DNA of 64,000 nt from Octopus bimaculoides. Taxonomy: Eukaryota. Of this stretch, positions 1 through 10,283 are shown one piece after another. Each line of letters begins with the position of its first letter. The first letter of the stretch is position 1. The notes under the pieces are model-generated. The model had not been told where the DNA came from. It saw only the letters and a list, made by a program, of their open reading frames with translations, and made no database searches. A program made the position numbers and the translations under genes. The stretch covers positions 467,950 through 531,949 of the forward strand of contig NC_069005.1 of NCBI RefSeq assembly GCF_001194135.2, written 5' to 3'.

Positions 1-151
1 TCTTATTCTCTGCTTCCAGAGCAGTTAATTGTTTTGAGCTCAGATGTCTGAAATGAGGCTTTGGCGTCAGAGTCCGATGATAAACCAGGTAACCCTGGCT
101 CAGCACTCGGTGGTACGTGGCAAATGGACGGACTATATATTGAGAAGATAT
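1..151 (-). CDS. TM-type tRNase Z-like, coding exon 3 (partial, runs off window)
   Basis: Acceptor tttccttttccattgcag| at 152, phase 0. Translates ISSQYIVRPFATYHRVLSQGYLVYHRTLTPKPHFRHLSSKQLTALEAENK, with the TxH and SQGY motifs. Not shown in the ORF track. Confidence 0.9.
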   Translation of the reverse strand, partial: MSSQYIVRPFATYHRVLSQGYLVYHRTLTPKPHFRHLSSKQLTALEAENK

Positions 152-2918
152 CTGCAATGGAAAAGGAAACTCTAAGATTAAAATCAAGGAGGAGGAGAAG
201 GAGAAGAAGAATTGGCCAGGCCCATGCCTATAAATCTATATAAAAAAAACACCCCAAACCCACGTATGCCAGCCTCAACATCACTATTTTAAGACCTCCT
301 CAACCAACTCTCATTCTTGCACGAGTTGGTTGGACAAGATTTTTCCAGAAATTCATTAGAACTTGTTAGGATTTCTTTCATGATGGTCAGCATTCTGAGT
401 TCAATCTGCATCAGTTCTTTCCCTATCTGCCTCTTCTACAAGTTCCTGGTTCCACTTTAATCATTTGGCATTTCTTCATCCCAGCTGCCATCTCTCATCC
501 GAATAACAGCAATAAAGGCTTATTCCTCTCTTGTGCACTGCGACAGACTCTTATGTCTAATTTATTTTTCTGAATGGGTGAGTGAGTGAGTGCGTGTGAA
601 GTATGATTTCCACTCTTGAAAATCATGACAGATTTGGTAAATGATAATCACTTCATGTTGCCGGTTGTTATGTCAACAAGAGGTTTTTGTGAGTCACCCA
701 ATTTGAGTGAAATTGACCTCATTTACCAGACAACATCCGGTGCCTTTTATAAACATTTCTATAATAAACTAATTAGTGTTAGCAAATGATAACAAGGGTT
801 AATGAAGCTGGATAATATGAAATGTTCAGAGTCGTCTCCTTTGCAAAACTTTACTATTTTTCCTAGTCCCACATGTTTTAATATGGCTGTAACATGTAGA
901 TATATTCCAGTCTATCGTTAGATTATTTAAAAATGTAACCAACGACCTTTTATAAATGTCTACAGTTTTGTATGAAGGTAAAAACATGTTAAGAAGTTTC
1001 CTCTGCAGCCACATTGCTCTGAGTTTCTGGATTCAACCCCCACTGCTTGGTTCCCTGGACAAGGGTCTTCGACAGCTTCACATCAATCAGTTCCTTGTGA
1101 GACAGAAACTGTGCAGAAGCCTTTCATTCCCTCTTTGTTTCTCCATGCTAATATCAGTTGGTCAGGGAGGTAGTAGAAGCTGGATTTTTAGGGCTGGATG
1201 CTCTTCCTGTCACCAAACCTAATCTCTTTTCCAAATAAGGGACTTTCTACTCCAGAGGAATTCAAATGTGCACAGCTGGAGGATGATTTGTTGAACAGGA
1301 AATGTCAACAAACGTCACCAGTTGCAACTCAACCTCAAACTTGTAATTGAGCCACAAACATTTATGTATATCATCATCATCATCATCATCATCATCATTT
1401 TAATGTCCACTTTTCCATTTGTTGGTTGGAATGGGCTGAGACAGATTTTCTTTGGCCAGATATTGTTCCTGTCACCAGCTCTCACTTGTTTCCATGTAAG
1501 GTAATATCTCCCCCATGGTCAGACATGTTCTCACAAAAGAAAAAAAAAAATTTTAAAGCTGTGCTCCAGAATGACCAAAGTCCAATGAAAGAAACCAGTC
1601 AGAAAATATGATAATATTTTCTACCTGTTCTAAAGAATTTACAGTCAAAAGTGCCATGCGGTAGGATTGAACTCCTAATGTTTACATTAGGAGTTCAAAT
1701 TTGACTGACATCAACTTTGTTTTTCTTCTTTCTGGGGTTGAAATCAAGAAGAATTGCTTTTTTTCATGAATTCTTAGAGAATCTCTTCACGGAAGATGAG
1801 ATGATACACTGTACTGAAGTGGATTAACTAATCCATTAAAGACAAGGAGATGACACAGAATACAATAAAGGATCAAGCAAGCTTTCATTAAACCTTAAGC
1901 ATTGAAACTAGCCTAATCTGGCTCAAATATTCTACTTGTTTTATCTTAAAACTGGCTAGATCCTACCTCTCACACCTAGCCTACAATGTCATTTTAAAAA
2001 TAAACAATCACATCAGTGAAATCTTGAAGCTACAAGATAATGCCTGATTCATTGAAAACGTGAATAAATAATCATTAAATTTGAAATCTGAATGCTAAAT
2101 AAAGGATTAATTATTGATATGAGTCCACATGGCTTTGGTGAAGGGTTCAATGCTTTACTTCAGCCAATGTTGGTGGAATCTTTCATAAAGCTTCATTAAA
2201 ATAAACTTCCTGAAATATGTGGCTGCTGTTATTATAAACTCACCAAAAGCAACCATCATAGAACAAACACAGTCAAAGGGAAATAAATCCGAATAAATCA
2301 AAACCGTTTTTTTTTTCCCAGCTGATATTTTTTGTTTCTTAAGATTTATCTCTTTTTGTTGGTGGCTGATATAAGGATTAGTTTCATTCTGGTTAGGATT
2401 TTGAAAGGAAAGGATATAATGCAAGATGGCACAAGTGTGGCTGTGGGGGTTAAGAAGTTTTTGTTTTTGTAACCATGTCGTCTTGGGTTCATGTCGTCTT
2501 GGGTTCATTCTCACTACATGGCTCCTTGGGCAAGTGTCCTTTACCACAGCTCTCACAAGGCTAACCAAAGGAAGGAGAATCCACTTTTAAATTTTAGAAG
2601 AACCAGGATCCAAATATCAAAAATTGTTGTTGTTACTGCATCTATGCACATCTCTCATCTCCACAGTCTTTCACAGAGGATTCAGAATTTTGATGGGAAT
2701 TTTGCCAAAAGAAATTTGATGAATTCTATAGCCTAAATAGCTAACCAAATGAAACCTATTAATCACTCAGTGGCTAAAAGCATCTGATAAAATCGCTGAT
2801 CTCTTTTAGGACATCGAACTGACCATCCCATTTTTATTTCGTTATTTTTTTAATTTTATTCTTTCTTCCCTAACCAAGCCTCCAACAATCGTTCATGTAT
2901 GCTTTGTTTAAAAATTCA

Positions 2919-2954
<36 letters not shown>

Positions 2955-3099
2955 TCAAAATGACAAAGAACATCTGTCAGACCCATGCCAGCATAGGAAA
3001 GTGGACATGAAAAGGATGAAAATGAGGATGAATGTGTTTGACCAGGGCCAACCTAGGGCCAAAAAGAAAGAAAAGCAGTGACCCCCACCAGTGTCTTAC

Positions 3100-3307
3100 C
3101 TGTACACTATTGCCTTGCTCAATTGGTTGAATGTCCAGCTGTTTCAGAACAGGTGGTGTGTTGGACAAAGAATACATCTGTTCTCCAATCTCTTTCAAGG
3201 GTACAACAAGGTGTGGAGGGACGTAGTAGGTGGCCGGTGTCCAGTTGTACAAATTCCTTTTAGTTGCATGCTGGAACAGTCCTGACACATGGTCTAAATG
3301 TCCATGG
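3100..3307 (-). CDS. TM-type tRNase Z-like, coding exon 2 (HxHxDH metal-binding motif)
   Basis: Acceptor ctaatag| at 3308. AG+C completes Ser, giving SHGHLDHVSGLFQHATKRNLYNWTPATYYVPPHLVVPLKEIGEQMYSLSNTPPVLKQLDIQPIEQGNSVQ. Donor CAG|gtaaga at 3099. 208 nt; phases 2 to 0 fit both neighbouring exons. Confidence 0.92.
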
Positions 3308-4323
3308 CTATTAGAATGATTGGCAGCAACCGAAAACGAAAAAATAGAACAAAAAAAAAAAAGGAGAAAATAATTAATCACTAATCAAAACCTGAGTAAG
3401 TGCATGCATGTGTGTGTTTGGGGGGATATATCCTTTCCCAAGTGCAGAGAAGGGGAGTGTGGTACAGTTTAGTCTGGTCCCTGTAGATGTGTGTTCTAGA
3501 GATGATAATTGATCAAAGCCCCCATGAAAGTGAGGTGTCCTCACCTCAAGGGGGAATGTGAAGATGTTGCCTAAATGGAGAAGAGCTATAAGTAGAGAAA
3601 CCATCACCCAGCCTCCCATTTATAGACTTCCCAATCAGCAGCCGACCCTCTTTTCTTCCTCTCCATTCCTTGATTCTGCTCCAACCACTTTCAGAAGCAC
3701 TGGAAAGGAATCGAACTGACAAGCTACTTGCTTTGAATTACAAGGACTCAGGATTTTTTGTTCAAGTTGGGCTTCCATAGTGTTAAACTGATAAAAGATA
3801 CATTTCTCCAGGATAAGAAGCTAGTTTTTCAGTAAGAACTGAACTCAGCAATAAAGTCCCAATAAACGAATCCCTAATTTCCAAGTCTCTTATATTCTCT
3901 TTGGTTTCTAACTGAAGCTATGTGGACTTGACCCTTGACAATAAACTGTTCGTCCCACATTGTCATGCCGTTGTCATCTCACTTACAATTTCACTCCCTC
4001 CCATCCTTGCCAGTACTTCACTGTGTGTGAGTGTGTGTGTGTGTCTCACACACACAAAAGGCAATGGCTTTCAAAACAGTACAAATAGGCTGACAGGGAT
4101 GGACACTGAAGAACAAGGTCTATTGTTAAATATTTAAATACAAGATAAAAAAAAGTGATTAATGGTTGGGGGAGGAGGTGTGGGGGGGTCCTTCAGCAGG
4201 TCAGGAAAATACTTCTCTTCTTCAACAAAGTAATCTGTCCATAATACTAAATACCAATACAGTAATGTACTATGCAAACACCTATTCCTTTTAGTTTGGG
4301 GTTTTTACCATCCACATCCTTGT

Positions 4324-4364
<41 letters not shown>

Positions 4365-4386
4365 TGATGATCTTTCTTTAGCTAAC

Positions 4387-4920
4387 CAGTCACTGCATAC
4401 AAATATCATTAAGGCTAAAATAGACAAATCCGCAAAGAGTGCAAAGTGCAGAGTTTGTAACAAGAAAGGGGAATCCATTGTGCACAAAATGAGGTCATGA
4501 AGTCGTTTGGTGCAGAGGGAATATAGACACAGACCTTACTGTGTAGGCAAGGCCCTACAAAGGGACATATAGACACAGACCTGAGTGTGTGGCCAAGGCC
4601 CCACAATGGGAACATAGACACAGACCTTACTGTGTAGGCAAGGCACGACAATGGGACATATAACAGCAAAGAGGATTTGAAATGGGAAGAAAATGGTAAG
4701 AACATGAACCAGAAAGTGTAATAGAGAATGACCAGAATAAGGTTTTATGGGATTTTAATGCACAGACTGACTGCAAAATGCATGCCAGGTGACCAGATAT
4801 TATGGTTCTGCACAAGTGGGGGGGGGAGTGCCTCATCATAGATATGGCTACATCTGTGGACATGAATGTAGCAGTGAAAGAAGAGGAAAGAATGATTTGG
4901 CAAAGGAAATACAATGACTA
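4387..4920 (+). mobile_element. Degenerate R4/Dong-like non-LTR retrotransposon fragment (zinc knuckle plus restriction-like endonuclease)
   Basis: Translates QSLHTNIIKAKIDKSAKSAKCRVCNKKGESIVH ... RHDN ... EHEPESVIENDQNKVLWDFNAQTDCKMHAR*PDIMVLHK ... LIIDMATSVDMNVAVKEEER, with stops and frameshifts. Preceded by (TAA)n at about 4325-4361. Confidence 0.8.
4523..4650 (+). repeat. About 46-bp unit, 3 degenerate tandem copies
   Basis: atagacacagacc... starts at 4523, 4569 and 4614. Confidence 0.9.
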
Positions 4921-5274
4921 TGGATGACTTTTTCTACAAAAAGTCATCTCCTCTCTGAATCACAACCAAATCTGTATCACCAATATTCTATTGAACTCTT
5001 CTCTGTTCGAGGACAGGCATCAAGTATTCTCCATTATAGCGCCAAGAGCAGCAGAAAACAATGTCCATTCTAACTTTATGCCTGAATAACATGAAACATT
5101 GTTTATTCTTAAGAAACATAAATAGAGAGTCATACAAGCAATGGTGTGTGGAACAATTCTTGCAGAGCAGAGAGGAGTTTTACAATTTTAGTAATTATTT
5201 TTGGATTAAAAAAAAAACTAACAATAATAAGCATGTTGTTTTGTCTTATATTACAAGTCTTCTTTCCTACTCTA

Positions 5275-5470
5275 GGCACTAGGCCCGAAATTTTTGGGGA
5301 GGGGGCCAGTCGATTAGATCACCCCCAGTACACAATTGGTACATAATTTATTGACCCCAAAAGGATGAAAGGCAAAGTCAACCTCGGTGGAATTTGAAAG
5401 TATAGACAGACGAAAGATTTCTAAGCATTTCGCCCAGTCTGCTAATGTTTCTACCAGCTCGCTGCCGCCT
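5275..5470. mobile_element. SINE-like interspersed repeat (family A)
   Basis: cgaccccagta...cccgaaaggatgaaaggcaaagtcgacctcggcggaatttg-like motif recurs in the window (for example 11570-11740, 36270-36360, 45030-45150). Confidence 0.65.
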
Positions 5471-6120
5471 TCTACCCCAAGTCTTGTCACATCTGGGATG
5501 TCATACGAGAATATTAAATTGACCCCAGTACATGACTGGTATTCCATTGACTGACCTTTGAAGACGAAAAGCAAAGTTGGCTTCAATAAGATTTGCATTT
5601 GGAATGTGAAGAACTGCAATTCAATGCTCCTGCCATTTTGACCACATCCTGACAATGTTAGATTTTTATTTTAGGATGATTGAAAATTAGAACCAGTAAG
5701 AATATCAAGAACCAATTCAGTCGACTCTATCCCTCACCTATATGTGTCACCTTAATAACATATAATTATTATTATTTATGCGTTTCCATGCCTGTACATA
5801 TTACAGTTATTTGTTTCTTCGCAAAGCAGTCTTATCTTAACGTTCCATTCTCTTTTACATGTCTACGAAGGGAGCGTCTCAGTATTTGTGTGACCTGTTT
5901 AATGTAAAGGAGAATCAATGACATTACACTCCCCACTTTCTTTGAAGTAGACACCATTACATTTTAGTGTAACACATTGAAGACAGGCACGGCGAGATAA
6001 CACTAACCACTTTGTTCGTTCTGCTGTCGCCTGCGTCATGTGTTCAGCAACAACAACACGATAAACATTATACACACTGGTTGTGAATGTTATATCAATA
6101 TTCATAACGATGACGACGAC

Positions 6121-6297
6121 GGTGGTGGTGGTGGTGGTGGCAATGATGGTATTAAACGACGTGGTGGTGGTGGCAATGATGGTATTAAACGACGTGGTGG
6201 TGGTGGCAATGATGGTATTAGACGACGTGGTGGTGGTGGCAATGATGGTATTAGACGACGTGGTGGTGGTGGTGGCAATGATGGTATTAGACGACGT
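6121..6297. repeat. 33-bp minisatellite (5 copies) grown from a (GGT)n core
   Basis: aatgatggtatt starts at 6142, 6175, 6208, 6241 and 6277. Unit is ggtggtggtggcaatgatggtatta(a/g)acgacgt. Confidence 0.95.
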
Positions 6298-6343
6298 TTA
6301 CATTGACAGCGATGAAAACTATTGCAAACTTGAAAACACCCAC

Positions 6344-6804
6344 CTTATGAAAACATGTTTACAGCGAACACTCGCTCGGGTGGCGTAACCGATGTCAAAG
6401 GCAACCGACAAACTTTTGTCTTCGACCGTCTGCACCACGACACTTGTCTCCAGGCCCGAGAGGGACCAAGCATGCACCTGGTATTTACCGCAGGGCATCC
6501 AGTCTTTTCGAAGCTTCGATATTGCAGAGCTTTTGACCTTCGCAATATTGTTGTTCCGCTTGTCTGAGGTAGAGTTGTGATAACAGCTGCCACAAATCTT
6601 CATAACACCATGAATATCAGGTGTCTTTTTGCAATCAACAACCGGACGAGTGGCATTTTGGCAAGGTGTTAACAGGGAAAGACGTCCAACAGAGGAGAAA
6701 GTTCGAGTCCAACGGTTTACACCGGCAGAATGAAAAAACAGCTGAAAATCACAGAGACATCGTAGAGTGAGGGTCACGGTAGGGGTGACACATCGTAAAG
6801 ACAT
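6344..6804 (-). CDS. TM-type short tRNase Z-like metallo-beta-lactamase, coding exon 1
   Basis: ATG at 6804, 5 nt after a tttag acceptor at 6810. Open frame ends ...YQVHAWSLSGLETSVVVQTVEDKSLSVAFDIGYATRASVRCKHVFI-AG|gtgggt (donor 6343, phase 2). SLSGLETSV and AFDIG match the plant TRZ1/TRZ2-type N-terminal motifs as recalled. Confidence 0.85.
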
Positions 6805-8049
6805 TGTAGCTAAATTTTAAACAAAAATATATTTGTGTGTGTATTCATACACATATATAAATGTATTCTGAGTCTGTCTTTGAATTTAAAAAATAAAATA
6901 ATAATAAAATACAAACGAGAAATAATGACAAATGCAAATCAGTCGAGAATTAACATAAATTCGACGATATTTATAAATTATTAGCTGAGATTTTTTGTTT
7001 TTTTTGGATAAAATGTGTAATTTTGAGTTTGATGGGGAATTTACTTTCGGTCGAATGAAAGTCTTTCGTAAGTAAATCAAAACCACAGAGGCTTATATGA
7101 TGCAATACGTGTGTTTATGTGGTATAATGTAAAGCAGATACGGACATTGTACATCTATATTTATATTTATGTACGCATATATATGTGTGTTTGTGTGTTT
7201 AGAATAACTTTGTTAGCGATCGATGGTTAAAGGTAAAAAATTAACGAAGCAAACAAATGCCGATCAAATCTGTGAAAATTCCTTGATGAATATTTCGTCC
7301 CTACTTGTCCATAACGAGAGCTGAATAAGGGGTGAATTCGATGAGTGAATGATTGGTTCAGTACAGTGATAAGATCGATAGAAAAGGTTTGAAGCAGCGA
7401 AAGTTTGAAGGAGGAATCCAGTGGCCAAAAGGTTTGGCATGCTTGTCTCCATTGTATTGAAGGGGAAATCACTCTGAATAGCATTGTTACGTAAAAGGAA
7501 AGCGAAACGGGTCGAGGAGTGGGGGGTCGGCGCGGATGGATATTTAGTTGGGAGAAGATGCGAGGGAGGATGTTTATGAAGGAGTTTACTGAATCACGAT
7601 TATTAGTACATGTTAGTACATGTCGACGAAACAAGCAGTTAGACAAAAAAGGAAAAAAATCGAAACAAACTAGTGCATATACACACGCACACACATATTT
7701 TATATACATAAAATTATTGTTTTAGCCACTTAAATGCGGCCATGCTGGAGCAGCATCGTCTTAAATGGTTTACTCGAACTAATCGACCTCATTATAATTA
7801 TTTCTAATTATTATAGTAGTGCATTGGGCCGAACCGCTAAGTTACGTAAACAAACCAACATGTTATCATGCAGTAGGAGGGGGGATAATCACTGAGACAC
7901 GCTCACACACACACAGATAAATATATACATACATATATGCATACATACGTACGTACATACATACATACATACATATATAATACATACATACGTACGTACG
8001 TACATGCATACACGCATACATACATACATATATCATCTTCATTTAACAT

Positions 8050-8260
8050 CCATTGTCCATGCTGGCATGGGTTGGACTGTTTGACCAGGGCTGGCAAGTT
8101 GGAAGGCTGTACCAGGCCCCAGTCTGATTTGACATGGTTTCTACAGCTGGATGCCCTTCCTAATGCCAACCCCTCTGAGAGTGTAATGGTGTTTTTACAT
8201 GCCCTCAGCACGGGTTCCAGTTGTGTGACACCGGTATCTGCCACAACTATGATTTCACTT
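8050..8260 (+). mobile_element. Interspersed repeat (family C; catgctggcatgggttggac...ggatgcccttcctaatgccaac)
   Basis: The same motif recurs at about 24330-24420, 31665-31765, 41170-41250 and, reversed, at 2980-3030. Confidence 0.65.
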
Positions 8261-8560
8261 GGCTTGGTGGATCTTTCTTCTCAAGCACAGCATATTGCCA
8301 TTTTTACTGTGATGGCTGAGTATTCCGGAGCACAGCAAATCACCTCTTGCCTTGATGCTCTGTCATCTCCTCTCTAAGGCTCAGCATCTTCAGATCAGCC
8401 TTCAATATTTTCACTCATGTCTTCCTTTTTCACAAGTTTCATCAACTTTAAGCAATTGGCACATTTTATGCAACTGTCTTCATTCATACATATCACATGA
8501 CCATATCATGTGTGTATGTATGTGTGTATGTATAAATATATATGTGTGTGTGTACATAAG

Positions 8561-8597
<37 letters not shown>

Positions 8598-8871
8598 GTG
8601 AGTAAAAATAAATACAAAAAAAGGGTTTTGTATGATCGTGTATAGAGGAATATATTATTTTATTTAAAAGAGTTCCAACTCTGTCTGTTTTTTATGTTTT
8701 TTATTTATATTCTTGTAAAATTTATGTGCGATATAGAATATGGAATATATAATATATAATATAAAAAAAGATGGATGGTGCAATGAAATGAAGTATTGAA
8801 TGTCTTATTGAATATATGGAATATGTCTTATTGAATATATGAAATATTGAGTGTTCAATATAAAGGATAAA

Positions 8872-8906
<35 letters not shown>

Positions 8907-9580
8907 NNNNNNNNNNNNNNNNNNNNNNNNNNNNNNNNNNNNNNNNNNNNNNNNNNNNNNNNNNNNNNNNNNNNNNNNNNNNNNNNNNNNNNNNNNNNNN
9001 NNNNNNNNNNNNNNNNNNNNNNNNNNNNNNNNNNNNNNNNNNNNNNNNNNNNNNNNNNNNNNNNNNNNNNNNNNNNNNNNNNNNNNNNNNNNNNNNNNNN
9101 NNNNNNNNNNNNNNNNNNNNNNNNNNNNNNNNNNNNNNNNNNNNNNNNNNNNNNNNNNNNNNNNNNNNNNNNNNNNNNNNNNNNNNNNNNNNNNNNNNNN
9201 NNNNNNNNNNNNNNNNNNNNNNNNNNNNNNNNNNNNNNNNNNNNNNNNNNNNNNNNNNNNNNNNNNNNNNNNNNNNNNNNNNNNNNNNNNNNNNNNNNNN
9301 NNNNNNNNNNNNNNNNNNNNNNNNNNNNNNNNNNNNNNNNNNNNNNNNNNNNNNNNNNNNNNNNNNNNNNNNNNNNNNNNNNNNNNNNNNNNNNNNNNNN
9401 NNCACATGACTCAACTTTGTCTAGTCTGTCTTGCTGACAAACACCTCCCATTGCCCACTGGTACCTCGCAGGTAAGTAATAGGACACAGGTGAGTAAGTA
9501 GGATAAAAAAAAAATATAAAATAACAAAAGGCATCAGTAAAGACAAATGTTTCAGCAGTTTGAGGATGTTACTGCATGCC

Positions 9581-9632
<52 letters not shown>

Positions 9633-10283
9633 CATCACAAACACACAAGCATCACACACATTAGAAACACTACATACATATATGCATATGACACACACAC
9701 ACATGCATACATGTAGTACATCACACCACATCCACATGTAAATTCTTACAAAAAAAATTAATCAATTTTACTCGTTCGCCCCCTGAAGGAATTTAGCTGA
9801 TTGAATCCGATCCTGTCTATTCATTGATGGTTCTAATTTAATCTGAATGGAGCTGAATACAAAACCCAGGCCAGGATGAAATGCTTACTGTCAGATAATC
9901 ATTATTTATGCCTTGGTACATATCGTAAACCTTAAAACAATGATGCAATAAAAATATTTTTTCATGTTTTGGGGTGTTTTTACCTTTTTAAAATACATAA
10001 ACATGTGAAACTTTGAGGTTGTTTAGTTTCTGTGGCGAATTATGAAAATTTTTGGAAACAAAACAAAATCTCTTAACGAAAGGAAATCAAAATCTGACCT
10101 CCTAAAAACAGTTATTTCCCCTGAATTATTCACCGATGAGTCTAGAGTGGGTAGCATCTGTTGCTAGAATGGATTTTTGGTGCAGATTCTGGCGCTTAAT
10201 TGTTTAAGAGGCACACAAACACAAAATGGATAAACTTGCTTCATCAAAACCAACTCCAAAGTATTGTTTTATGGTTTTGATTT

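Noticed and set aside
61-243. Plus-strand 60-aa ORF with an Arg run
   Set aside because: Antisense shadow of tRNase Z-like exon 3 and its polypyrimidine tract.
2475-2506. Short perfect tandem duplications (also about 8800-8840, 14148-14168, 15415-15441)
   Set aside because: Ordinary slippage duplications of 13-23 bp with no further structure.
6040-6388. ORFs with GGGGNDGIRRR or VVVVAMMVLDD repeats; superficially CRISPR-like periodicity
   Set aside because: Translations of the 33-bp minisatellite; there are no unique spacers and the context is eukaryotic and intronic.
8722-9501. Long ORFs full of X (also at about 15.4-16.0, 35.3-35.8, 46.7-47.8, 53.0-53.3 and 62.2-62.9 kb)
   Set aside because: Artefacts of reading through N assembly gaps.
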